Positions 10,135 through 19,302 of a stretch of DNA of 64,000 bases are shown piece by piece. The stretch covers positions 214,588 to 278,587 of the forward strand of contig CAJLMA010000001.1 in the NCBI GenBank assembly GCA_905207705.1. Direction: 5' to 3'. How positions within the stretch are numbered: the stretch's first letter is position 1; every line of letters begins with the position of its first letter. Made by a program: the position numbers and the translations under genes. The notes under the pieces are model-generated. The model saw nothing but the letters and a program-made list of their open reading frames with translations, was not told the origin of the DNA and ran no database searches. The DNA is from an uncultured Prevotellaceae bacterium (GTDB lineage: Bacteria > Bacteroidota > Bacteroidia > Bacteroidales > Muribaculaceae).

Positions 10135-10454
10135 AATTGCTGCTTTTTTTATTTTAATATGCCAAAATTAGTCATAATTTTCTCATTTGACATCATTCGC
10201 CAATACTTTATTCAATTTTTAAGCCTGCCATATTTAACATTAGTAAAATTGACTCCGCAATGTTAAAATAAACGATTAAGCGACCCTCATCAACCAAAGC
10301 GAAATGCTGTCCACATCAATGTTTTAACATTTTAACTTAATAATTATTTAATTGCAAACAAAACATACACTTTTAACTTTTACAACAACCTATTTTTCAG
10401 ATATTTAATTCAACAAATATCATCAAACGCTTGCTCAAGAAAAATATTTGCACT

Positions 10455-10462
10455 AAATTTGC
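10455..10462 (+). promoter_or_regulatory. Candidate -7 box (TAAATTTG), about 135 bp upstream of the 10598 gene and implying a long 5' leader
   Basis: It is the only TAnnTTTG match in the 463-bp divergent intergenic region. Confidence 0.25.
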
Positions 10463-10597
10463 AGCGTTTTAGGTTACCATCCACGGACGAGATCCAATAA
10501 TTAAGGCAACAAAGCAAAGGATGGGAAAACGCCGAAAATCGGCGGAGGGCTCTTTTCCGAGTGTTTTCGCAAATCTGCCCTTTAGTATGGACATTAA

Positions 10598-11095
10598 TTG
10601 AAGAGAATGAAAAAAATTCTTTATGCTTTTATTGTTGTTGCAGCACTATTCTTATTTTCATCAGCCTATTCTCCGGACAACACCGGAACTCGCGTCGGTT
10701 CAGATGCCACAGGCTTTGCTGTAACAAACGATAGCAATGCGATTAGTTTGCAATCACTGAGAGGCAGCTATGTTTTGATTTCATTTTGGTCTTCGACCGA
10801 TGCCAATTCACGAATTGCAAACAAGATGTACAATGATTTCGCATTAAACGACAATGTGCAGTTGAAATACATAGCTGTGAATTTCGATCCTTCCGAAAAC
10901 GTGTTTGACGAAATAACAAACATTGACGAGCTGCACAAACCGGCACAATTTCATGCCAACAGCAATGATAAGTCGGTTCTTTTTGAAAAATATCGCCTCG
11001 ATGACGGATATAAAAGCTATCTTGTCAATCCCGACGGAGTGATAATAGCCGAGAACCCCACCGAAAGCGATTTAATCAAGTTGACAAGAATCTAA
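10598..11095 (+). CDS. Secreted TlpA/thioredoxin-fold-like protein lacking the CxxC active site
   Basis: There is a signal peptide. GSYVLISFWSSTDANS aligns to the TlpA/ResA block GKxVLxxFWASWCxPC, with the cysteines replaced by T and N. The C-terminal SYLVNPDGVIIAEN resembles the TlpA end block. Confidence 0.55.
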   Translation: MKRMKKILYAFIVVAALFLFSSAYSPDNTGTRVGSDATGFAVTNDSNAISLQSLRGSYVLISFWSSTDANSRIANKMYNDFALNDNVQLKYIAVNFDPSENVFDEITNIDELHKPAQFHANSNDKSVLFEKYRLDDGYKSYLVNPDGVIIAENPTESDLIKLTRI

Positions 11096-11251
11096 GAATT
11101 TAGAATCATCTTTTTCCTAATGAGGCTTGAAGCGGATGCCTTACGCTCAATGCCCCATTTTTTTTGTTTTATACACTTCCATATTCAAGACCTATAATGC
11201 CCATCTCAAAATTGTGTTATCATATTATTTCAGATTACATTAAACTTTGGG

Positions 11252-11259
11252 TATATTTG
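11252..11259 (+). promoter_or_regulatory. Candidate -7 box (TATATTTG) about 50 bp upstream of the repeat-protein gene
   Basis: TAnnTTTG match. Confidence 0.3.
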
Positions 11260-11308
11260 CAATACATAATAAGTGCCTTATATATTGAGAACAAAAACAT
11301 CATCATCT

Positions 11309-11680
11309 ATGAAACATTACCGTTTTATTATTGCCGCTTTACTATCCGTGAGTTGCGTTATACAGGCTTTAGCCATTGACGAATATTACCTCAACAAAGC
11401 AGAAAGCTATAGCCGGGATGCAGAGTATTATTTTGAAAAAGCTGAAGGTTATGAAAAGGATGCCAAATATTACAGTAAAAGGGCCCAAGACTATTATCGT
11501 CAAGCCGAATATTATGTAAAAAAACAAGATTACGACCGCGTAAAGACCTATCAGAATTGGGCCGAAAATGAAATAGACAAAATGCAATTGCGCTTGGAAT
11601 GGGCAGAAGATGCGCGAGAGAAAGCCGAACTGAGGATGAAATGGGCCAAAGACGCGTATGAAAAAGCCTATGATGACTAA
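11309..11680 (+). CDS. Small secreted Tyr/Glu/Lys-rich tandem-repeat protein (hypothetical)
   Basis: I place the start at the internal Met (MKHYRFIIAALLSVSCV), which gives a signal peptide. The ORF track lists 11273. The mature part has three 14-aa repeats (KAESYSRDAEYYFE, KAEGYEKDAKYYSK, RAQDYYRQAEYYVK) and then a charged helical tail. Confidence 0.55.
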   Translation: MKHYRFIIAALLSVSCVIQALAIDEYYLNKAESYSRDAEYYFEKAEGYEKDAKYYSKRAQDYYRQAEYYVKKQDYDRVKTYQNWAENEIDKMQLRLEWAEDAREKAELRMKWAKDAYEKAYDD

Positions 11681-11794
11681 CTATGTTTTTTGCGGCTGTA
11701 TTCAGACTGCCTCGCCACAGCCAAATTATACATGCAATCAACACATCAAATTGCTTTAATTTCTTAAAATTGCCCGAAATTCACAGGTTCTTTG

Positions 11795-11802
11795 TATTTT
11801 TG
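11795..11802 (+). promoter_or_regulatory. Candidate -7 box (TATTTTTG) about 24 bp upstream of the beta-barrel gene
   Basis: TAnnTTTG match. Confidence 0.3.
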
Positions 11803-11825
11803 CACGACAATACGGATACGACAGA

Positions 11826-13802
11826 ATGAAAATAAACTACATACACTGCCTTTTTGTTATCATACTTGCATCACTTGCCTGCTCCGTATCGGCAAAAAAA
11901 GAGACAGCTGTTGCGCCATCCTACGCATGGAGCATATCTGAACCTCTTGGCTTGAGATATACATCCACAATCGACACCCTGCAATATAATTATTATCAAC
12001 AAGCTATTCCGTCGATGGTGAGCAAAGCTTATGCAACAACCGGCAACTTGGGGGCTGAAGGTCAGGATCAAATATTTTTTGACAGACCGGACTATTCCAA
12101 TTTTTTCTTCGAAGATGCTCTTGCTGCATGGATTCCTTCAATAAAGACCCAGCGTTACTATAATACGCGTATACCCATGACTATCGTGTCATATAATACA
12201 GGAGGAAACCGCAACAACATGCAAGACCGTCTCACTGCCTTATTCTCTGGGAATGTAAACAAGGCAATCCAAGTGGGAGCCGCCATGGATTACATATATT
12301 CAATGGGTACATACGATGCACAGGCCACAAAAGATTTCACTTGGAGGGTATTTGGCTCTTATACAGGCGACCGATATGAGCTACAAGCCTACTTTAACAA
12401 CTACAACTTCCTTAACAAGGAAAACGGAGGCATAACCGACGACCGCTACATCACCGACCCTGCTGCAGTCCAAGGCGGATCGACAAACGTCGACAACAAG
12501 ACCATCCCGGTACACTTATCGGCAGCACACTCTCGAATTTATGGGACTGAGCTATATCTTAACCATCGATACAAAGTAGGTTTCTACAAAAATTTCAGAG
12601 ATTCGGTGACCGACACTATCATAGGGCGCACATACATTCCGGTGACAAGTTTCATTTGGACGATGAATTATAAGAGCAACAAGCACCTATTCTTGAACTC
12701 GGAAGCAACCGAAGACACTACTTTTTTTGAAAACACCTATTTGTCTTTAAAAGGCTCCAACGACGAGACTACTTATTGGAAACTTTCAAACACTTTCGGC
12801 ATTCAGATGCTTGAAGGATTCAATAAATACGCAAAATTCGGACTTGCCGCATACATAACACACGAAATAAGAAAATACACACAATATACCGACACGATAG
12901 ATACCGAATCGGCAAATTCGGGCAAATTAACCCCGATGCCGACTTACTCTATTCCGCACTCCAAGACCGAAAATGTCGTGTGGGTCGGCGGACAATTGAC
13001 AAAACAACAAGGTTCCATCCTCACATATAACGCCACAGCACAATTTGGTATCGTGGGGGAAGTAGCCGGAGACATCGACATAACAGGTGACATCTCTACA
13101 AAATTCAAATTGCACAACGACAGCGTAAGAATTACCGGTTACGGATACTTCAAGAATAAATCTGTCCCATACTTCTTCAACAACTATATCTCAAACCACT
13201 TTATTTGGCAAAACGACTTTGGGAAAACCCGTCGATTCCGTGCCGGAGGCATCCTTGACTTCCCATTGACTCGCACTCGTGCAAATATCGGAGTAGAAAA
13301 TATCCAGAATATGATTTATTTCAACGAGTCGGGTATGCCTGCACAAGCCGGAAACAATATTCAGATATTCAGCGCGACAATCGACCAGAACTTCAAATTC
13401 GGAATTTTCAACTGGAACAATTCGGTAACTTATCAGACATCCTCGGACGACATGGTATTGCCATTGCCGAAATTATCAATATATTCCAACATGTTCCTGC
13501 AATTCACAATTGCAAAAGTTCTACATGTGCAATTCGGTATCGACTGTAACTATTATACAAAGTACTATGCTCCGGCGTACAATCCGGCAACAATGACATT
13601 TCATTCACAACGGGAGATTCAATGTGGAAACTTCGCATTCATGAATGCTTATGCCAACATGAAGCTAAAAAAGACCCGCTTTTTTGTAATGTTCAGCCAT
13701 GTAAACCAGAGCCTGTTCGGCGGAAGCTATTTTGCCATACCGCACTACCCTCTTAACGCGATGAAATTCCAAATGGGTCTGTCGGTCGACTTCGCTCATT
13801 AA
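11826..13802 (+). CDS. Outer-membrane beta-barrel protein of unknown function (putative porin-like, 658 aa)
   Basis: There is a signal peptide. The sequence has a Tyr/Gly/Asn/Thr-rich amphipathic beta-strand pattern throughout and no plug or TonB box. It resembles the large putative-porin family of Bacteroidota. That assignment is from memory. Confidence 0.65.
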   Translation: MKINYIHCLFVIILASLACSVSAKKETAVAPSYAWSISEPLGLRYTSTIDTLQYNYYQQAIPSMVSKAYATTGNLGAEGQDQIFFDRPDYSNFFFEDALAAWIPSIKTQRYYNTRIPMTIVSYNTGGNRNNMQDRLTALFSGNVNKAIQVGAAMDYIYSMGTYDAQATKDFTWRVFGSYTGDRYELQAYFNNYNFLNKENGGITDDRYITDPAAVQGGSTNVDNKTIPVHLSAAHSRIYGTELYLNHRYKVGFYKNFRDSVTDTIIGRTYIPVTSFIWTMNYKSNKHLFLNSEATEDTTFFENTYLSLKGSNDETTYWKLSNTFGIQMLEGFNKYAKFGLAAYITHEIRKYTQYTDTIDTESANSGKLTPMPTYSIPHSKTENVVWVGGQLTKQQGSILTYNATAQFGIVGEVAGDIDITGDISTKFKLHNDSVRITGYGYFKNKSVPYFFNNYISNHFIWQNDFGKTRRFRAGGILDFPLTRTRANIGVENIQNMIYFNESGMPAQAGNNIQIFSATIDQNFKFGIFNWNNSVTYQTSSDDMVLPLPKLSIYSNMFLQFTIAKVLHVQFGIDCNYYTKYYAPAYNPATMTFHSQREIQCGNFAFMNAYANMKLKKTRFFVMFSHVNQSLFGGSYFAIPHYPLNAMKFQMGLSVDFAH

Positions 13803-13820
13803 TAATAACTACACTTTACC

Positions 13821-14642
13821 ATGCACAAACCGTTTAATACAAAAAAGGGGAATTACATAATTTACCTGTTACTGATTGCCATAGTAATAATGGCCATGGC
13901 CGCGTTGAAACATTGCTCATCTACAAATACAGGATATGGCAGCGACGACAAGACATCAAACGAATCAATAAATGTAGCCATTGAATATTCCCCGCTATCA
14001 TTATACACCTACGATGACACTTTGGGCGGATTTTGCTATGACGCAATGCGGCTAATAGAAAGCCGTTTTGGCAAAAACATGAAATTCCACCCTATCGTCA
14101 CGCTAAAAAACACGATGGAAGGCCTCATGGATGGCAAATACGATATGGTTATCGCACAATTCCCTGAAACAAAGGAATATAAAGACAAATATCTATTCTC
14201 CGAAGAATTATACATCGATAGTCAGGTTCTCATCCAGCTCAAAGATTATAAAGGCAATGTCTCGGTCAACAACCAGCTTGAACTTGCAGGCGACACTGTC
14301 GTGGTAGTAAAAGGTTCTCCCATGATTCAACGCATCAAAAGCCTAAGTCAAGAAATCGGCGACACTATACATATTGTAGAAGACGAGAATTACGGTCCGG
14401 AACAATTGTTCCTAAGAGTAGCCACAGGCGAAGTCAAATATGCCGTAATCAACAAGTCGATCGCAACCCAAATGGCAAAAAAATACCCAAAGGTAGATTG
14501 CGGCACAAACATAAGTTTCTCACAATTTCAATCTGTAATACTAAGGAAAGATAAAACGGCCATGTGTGACAGCTTGAACAATTGGATAACTGAAATTAAG
14601 AGCACCAAACAATTTAAAGAATTACAATCGAGATATTTCTAA
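13821..14642 (+). CDS. Membrane-anchored periplasmic solute-binding-like protein (type 3 SBP fold)
   Basis: An N-terminal TM anchor (IIYLLLIAIVIMAMAAL) is followed by a roughly 230-aa domain with the two-lobe SBP_bac_3-like pattern (YDMVIAQF, TVVVVKGSP). It lies 18 bp downstream of the barrel gene. Confidence 0.6.
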   Translation: MHKPFNTKKGNYIIYLLLIAIVIMAMAALKHCSSTNTGYGSDDKTSNESINVAIEYSPLSLYTYDDTLGGFCYDAMRLIESRFGKNMKFHPIVTLKNTMEGLMDGKYDMVIAQFPETKEYKDKYLFSEELYIDSQVLIQLKDYKGNVSVNNQLELAGDTVVVVKGSPMIQRIKSLSQEIGDTIHIVEDENYGPEQLFLRVATGEVKYAVINKSIATQMAKKYPKVDCGTNISFSQFQSVILRKDKTAMCDSLNNWITEIKSTKQFKELQSRYF

Positions 14643-14675
14643 GTGCAAATACTCTTATCCGCAAAAAACTTAAAA

Positions 14676-16106
14676 TTACAGTACCGGACTTAGCAATCTG
14701 ACCAAAGATTCCCTATAACGCTCATAAACCGAACGGTGACGCCACAGCGTAGGACTGATGCGAACACAATTTTGCTGGTCAGCCATGAAAGCCTCTGTCA
14801 TCCTCTTATTCACATCCTTACTGTAAATCAAGGCATTGCATTCAAAATTATGCTCAAAGCTCCTAAAGTCGAAATTAGTTGAACCCGTCGTACAAAATTC
14901 TTCATCCACAATAAGAGTTTTGGCATGCAACATCCCTGCTTTATATAAGTATATTTTTATCCCTGCTCGCAGACATTCCGAGACATAGGAAAATGAAGCG
15001 AGCCGCAACATCGTAGAATCTGACCGGTTAGGTATCATTATGCGCACATCCACCTTTGCAAGTGCGGCAGCTTGAAGCACCTTCAACAGGCTTTCGGTCG
15101 GCAAGAAATAAGGCGTCTGTATGTACACCCTTTTTTTTGCATTCCCTATCATTTTTATAAACAGCATCATTATGTTGCCCCACTGGCTTGTTGGACCGCT
15201 CGACATCAATTGTATGCCCACACTGTCAGAATCCTTGACATCGTATTGCTTGACAGGCTCCACAAGTAACGGCTGTCCCATGAAATTCCAGTCCACTGCA
15301 AATGTGTATTGAAGTCCCGACACAGCCGGACCGCTTATCCTCAAATGAGTGTCGCGCCAATGCCCGTATCGAGTACCTTTTATATACCTGTCAGCAATGT
15401 TCATGCCTCCTATATAGCCATACACTCCATCCACTACAGCTACTTTCCTGTGATTACGCCAATTTATGCGTGTGGCAAATTGAGGGAAAGTGACTTTCAT
15501 GAAAGGCAACGCCAAGACTCCGTTCGAACGCATGTTCTCAAAGAAACTGTCTTTTGCCTTGAACGACCCCACATGGTCATATATCACCCTCACTTTCACG
15601 CCTTCGGCAGCCTTCTTTATCAGCAGTTCGCTCATTTCATGTCCAAGTTCATCATCCTCAAATATGTAGAACTGCATGTGAACATAACTCTTTGCATTCA
15701 TTATGTCATGCTTCAGTTGGGCAAACATTTCCGAGCAATTTGTAAAAATATCCACTTCATTCCCGGGAAAGTACCTTGCTCCGGTAAGCGAACGCGCCAG
15801 TCTTATCTCTTGCTTGCATTCGTTGGACAATGGCAACTTAGATTCGTCTATTATCCTGAAAGGCTCTATGCGGTTCAATTTACGCTTGTTCTTGTTCGAA
15901 ATAAGCCTCTTGCTTTTCATACTCCTTCCGAAAAATGCATAAAGCACCATTCCCACTACAGGAAGGAGCAACAATACCGTTATCCATCCGAGCGACTTCA
16001 CAGGATTACGATTCTCAGAAATCACAACAGCAATAATACTAAACACCGTTATGACATAAATAACGGTAAACACGATATATGTCCACTCCGAGAAAGATAA
16101 ACCCAT
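14676..16106 (-). CDS. cls: Cardiolipin synthase
   Basis: Two N-terminal TM helices are followed by two PLD HKD motifs (HRKVAVVDG and LHAKTLIVDEE). It is 476 aa. Confidence 0.9.
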   Translation of the reverse strand: MGLSFSEWTYIVFTVIYVITVFSIIAVVISENRNPVKSLGWITVLLLLPVVGMVLYAFFGRSMKSKRLISNKNKRKLNRIEPFRIIDESKLPLSNECKQEIRLARSLTGARYFPGNEVDIFTNCSEMFAQLKHDIMNAKSYVHMQFYIFEDDELGHEMSELLIKKAAEGVKVRVIYDHVGSFKAKDSFFENMRSNGVLALPFMKVTFPQFATRINWRNHRKVAVVDGVYGYIGGMNIADRYIKGTRYGHWRDTHLRISGPAVSGLQYTFAVDWNFMGQPLLVEPVKQYDVKDSDSVGIQLMSSGPTSQWGNIMMLFIKMIGNAKKRVYIQTPYFLPTESLLKVLQAAALAKVDVRIMIPNRSDSTMLRLASFSYVSECLRAGIKIYLYKAGMLHAKTLIVDEEFCTTGSTNFDFRSFEHNFECNALIYSKDVNKRMTEAFMADQQNCVRISPTLWRHRSVYERYRESLVRLLSPVL

Positions 16107-16241
16107 GGCTATATATTATTCTAATTAGCGAATATAATAATTTTATTTTAATCCCATGTAAACTTCGTTTCTTATCTTCGTTCAGTATCTTAAAATATGC
16201 ACATTAGTCAGTTATTTATTTCATGAAAAAACATTTTCATG

Positions 16242-16249
16242 TAACTTTG
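16242..16249 (+). promoter_or_regulatory. Candidate -7 box (TAACTTTG) 18 bp upstream of the SGNH hydrolase start
   Basis: TAnnTTTG match. Confidence 0.3.
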
Positions 16250-16266
16250 CAATAAAACAATAAATA

Positions 16267-17496
16267 ATGACAGCATTTTTTCGCACTATAATTTCTTCAA
16301 CACTAATAATATTTTTCTCAATAAGCATCAACGCACAGTCGCTCGATTTTATCAATACCAATATAAACACGATTGAAATGAATGGAGATGACTGGAGCGA
16401 GTTGAAAGAAGAATTACAGAACCTACGTCCTTGGACATCCGACAAGTTCAACATCCTCCACATCGGGGATTCCCACATCCAGGCCGACATAATGACATCG
16501 GTAGTCCGAAGAATTTTACAACAAGAATTCGGCAACGGCGGTCGCGGATGCATTGCCGCCTTGAAGCTTGCAGGAACCAATCAACCATCCGACTATTCAA
16601 TCACATCAAGTACCAAACCCTATGCCAAATGCCGACTAGCAAAACATAACCGCAACATAGACCCGGGAGTAACCGGAGTAGGAGTTCGGTTCAAAAACAA
16701 TCCCAATAAATTGTCCATATCCCTGCATGGCGAAGACAGTCTGTTCAGCAGCATAACTTTGTTGCACTCACCGTCGCACAAATATGTAAACGCAAGTGCC
16801 GACCGTATCTCGTACATAGGCACGGAGGTTTCATCCTACGCCACTTCGTTTGACTTGCAGCACGAAACACAAGCCATAAACATCGACATAGACCTTGACG
16901 GCACATTTTATGGAGCTTATGTCACAAACGACCGTTCCGGAATAATATATAACTCGATAGGCAATAACGGCGCTTGCTTTTCGCATTACTTGGAAATAGA
17001 CAGCTTCGGAGCACAAACCAAGTTGTTCAATCCACAGTTGATAATATTGTCAATGGGAACAAATGAAGCATTCGGAAGCGCAACCAGCAGTGACATATAT
17101 GCCAGCATAGACAGTCTCGTGACTATGTTGCAGGAAGCCAACCCCAACGCCAAATTCCTGCTTACTACCCCCATCGAGAGTCAAAAACGCATTCGCAGGC
17201 GCGTGAAGCGGAACGGAAAATACCGCACTATACGCACTTTCTCGGTCAACAACAAAGTTGCCGTCGTCAGGGACATAATCAAGCAATATGGCGAAGACAA
17301 GCACATCCCGGTGTGGGATCTTTATGAAATAGCCGGAGGTAAAGGCGCTTCAAACCTCTGGATAGAAAACGGCTTGATGAGCAACCGCGACCATGTACAT
17401 TGCAGTGTGATAGGATATGAATTACAAGGCTCTCTGCTGAGCGACGCACTGCTATTGCAAATGCGAGGGAATGTGGAAATTTCGGCAAGTAACTAA
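16267..17496 (+). CDS. Secreted SGNH/GDSL-family hydrolase (esterase/lipase-like)
   Basis: There is a signal peptide. Block I GDSH (LHIGDSHIQAD) places the nucleophile Ser near the N-terminus. A candidate C-terminal DxxH is present (NRDHVH). Confidence 0.65.
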   Translation: MTAFFRTIISSTLIIFFSISINAQSLDFINTNINTIEMNGDDWSELKEELQNLRPWTSDKFNILHIGDSHIQADIMTSVVRRILQQEFGNGGRGCIAALKLAGTNQPSDYSITSSTKPYAKCRLAKHNRNIDPGVTGVGVRFKNNPNKLSISLHGEDSLFSSITLLHSPSHKYVNASADRISYIGTEVSSYATSFDLQHETQAINIDIDLDGTFYGAYVTNDRSGIIYNSIGNNGACFSHYLEIDSFGAQTKLFNPQLIILSMGTNEAFGSATSSDIYASIDSLVTMLQEANPNAKFLLTTPIESQKRIRRRVKRNGKYRTIRTFSVNNKVAVVRDIIKQYGEDKHIPVWDLYEIAGGKGASNLWIENGLMSNRDHVHCSVIGYELQGSLLSDALLLQMRGNVEISASN

Positions 17497-17522
17497 GACC
17501 CTCTCCTCTAACATATTCAAAC

Positions 17523-19175
17523 ATGGAACAAATATCTATTATAAAACGAATTGAGACTTCAATACGCGACAATTGGGAAGATCTGGCCCTCACCGATTTC
17601 AACGGCGTGTCGTTCCAGTACCGCACAATTGCCCGCAAAATAGCAAAGCTGCACATAGCTTACGAAGCGGCAGGTATAAAAAAAGGCGACAAGATTGCCT
17701 TGTGTGGACGAAATTCGGCCCAGTGGTCGATTGCATTCCTCGCAACGCTGACCTACGGAGCTGTGCCTGTCCCCATTCTCCATGACTTCAAGCCCGACAT
17801 GATACATCATCTTGTCAACCACTCCGAAGCAAAAATATTCTTCTCCGACCGTTCCATTTGGGAGAATCTCGACTCCGAAACGATGCCAAATATTCTTGGA
17901 ACCATACACATAAGCGACTATTCGCTTTTGTTTTCACGTAACAAGGATTTGCAATTTGCTCGTTTGCACCTGAATGAATTGTTTGGCAAGAAATATCCCG
18001 AAAGGTTCACGCCCGATGATGTGAAATATGAAGACCCCGACCCCGAAAGCCTTGCAGTGATTAACTACACATCTGGCTCTACCGGGTTCTCCAAGGGAGT
18101 CATGATTCCTTACAGAGCCTTGACTTCCAACATCACCTACTGCATCGAGCACCTCACATTCCTCAAGCGTGGCGATGGCATGGTGTGCATGTTGCCGCTT
18201 GCCCACATGTATGGACTGGTAATTGAAATGATTCACCCTCTTGTCAAAGGGTGCCACACATATTTCCTCACCAAGTTGCCGTCTCCAAAGGTCATCATCG
18301 ACGCTTTTGCCACTGTCAAGCCCAAACTCATAGTCAGCGTTCCCCTGATTCTCGAAAAAATCATCAAGACCAAAGTATTTCCTCTGCTCGACAAGCCTTT
18401 GATGAAGATTCTCATGAAAATGCCACTTGTTGACGAGAAACTGATGGCAAAAATCAAAGACCGCCTGCAAGAGACTTTCGGAGGGAACTTGCAAGAATTC
18501 ATCATTGGTGGCGCAGCCCTCAACAAGGACGTGGAAGCATTCCTGCGCCGCATAGGCTTCCCCTACACCGTCGGTTATGGAATGACCGAATGCGCACCGT
18601 TGCTGTCTTACGCTCCTTGGAACAAGACAAAACCGGGGGCTTGTGGACAAATCGTCGACAGGATGCAAGCCCGCATCGACTCGGACGACCCTGCCAAGAC
18701 AGCCGGAGAACTAATAGTGAAAGGCGACAACGTGATGCTCGGATACTTCAAGAATAAAGAAGCCACCGATGCCGTACTCAAAGACGGGTGGCTGCATACC
18801 GGCGACCTGTGCACGCTCGACACTGACGGATTCCTGTTCATTCGCGGTCGCAGCAAGAACATGATACTGGGGCCTTCGGGACAAAACATTTATCCCGAAG
18901 AAATCGAGCAACAACTGAACAACATGCCTTACGTTAGCGAGTCGCTGATTGTGGAAGAAAACGGCAAACTCGTGGCACTGATATACCCCGACATTGAAAA
19001 TGGCGAAAAACAAGGCATGACCTTCAACGACCTTGCCCGGACGATGAAAGACAATATTGTGGCACTTAACAAGGAACTGCCGGGATATTCGCAAATCGAA
19101 AACCTCAAAGTGCTGCATGAGGAATTTGAAAAAACTCCGAAACGTTCTATAAAACGTTATCTTTACCAGCATTGA
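17523..19175 (+). CDS. AMP-dependent acyl-CoA synthetase (long-chain fatty acid--CoA ligase-like)
   Basis: The AMP-binding motif is INYTSGSTGFSKGVMIPY and there is a GYGMTE core motif. It is 550 aa and lies 27 bp downstream of the SGNH hydrolase. Confidence 0.85.
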   Translation: MEQISIIKRIETSIRDNWEDLALTDFNGVSFQYRTIARKIAKLHIAYEAAGIKKGDKIALCGRNSAQWSIAFLATLTYGAVPVPILHDFKPDMIHHLVNHSEAKIFFSDRSIWENLDSETMPNILGTIHISDYSLLFSRNKDLQFARLHLNELFGKKYPERFTPDDVKYEDPDPESLAVINYTSGSTGFSKGVMIPYRALTSNITYCIEHLTFLKRGDGMVCMLPLAHMYGLVIEMIHPLVKGCHTYFLTKLPSPKVIIDAFATVKPKLIVSVPLILEKIIKTKVFPLLDKPLMKILMKMPLVDEKLMAKIKDRLQETFGGNLQEFIIGGAALNKDVEAFLRRIGFPYTVGYGMTECAPLLSYAPWNKTKPGACGQIVDRMQARIDSDDPAKTAGELIVKGDNVMLGYFKNKEATDAVLKDGWLHTGDLCTLDTDGFLFIRGRSKNMILGPSGQNIYPEEIEQQLNNMPYVSESLIVEENGKLVALIYPDIENGEKQGMTFNDLARTMKDNIVALNKELPGYSQIENLKVLHEEFEKTPKRSIKRYLYQH

Positions 19176-19230
19176 TGGAAAACACTTGTGCATCAACAAT
19201 TACAGATTCATATCTTTATAAAAACACAAA

Positions 19231-19264
19231 CAGGAGGCCGGCTTTCAATCAAGCCGGCCTCCTG
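19231..19264. terminator. Terminator hairpin between convergent genes
   Basis: The 12-bp GC-rich stem CAGGAGGCCGGC pairs with GCCGGCCTCCTG across a 10-nt loop. The T-run on the minus strand (TTTGTGTTTTTAT) is stronger than the one on plus. Confidence 0.5.
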
Positions 19265-19302
19265 CATATTTATAAAACCGCTTCATCGGTTCTTTTGACA
19301 TG

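Noticed and set aside
11164-11379. 71-codon ORF
   Set aside because: It overlaps the candidate promoter and the start of the repeat-protein gene in another frame.
15309-16100. 263-codon plus-strand ORF
   Set aside because: It is antisense to cardiolipin synthase, which carries both HKD motifs.
17934-18668. 244-codon minus-strand ORF
   Set aside because: It is antisense to the acyl-CoA synthetase gene.
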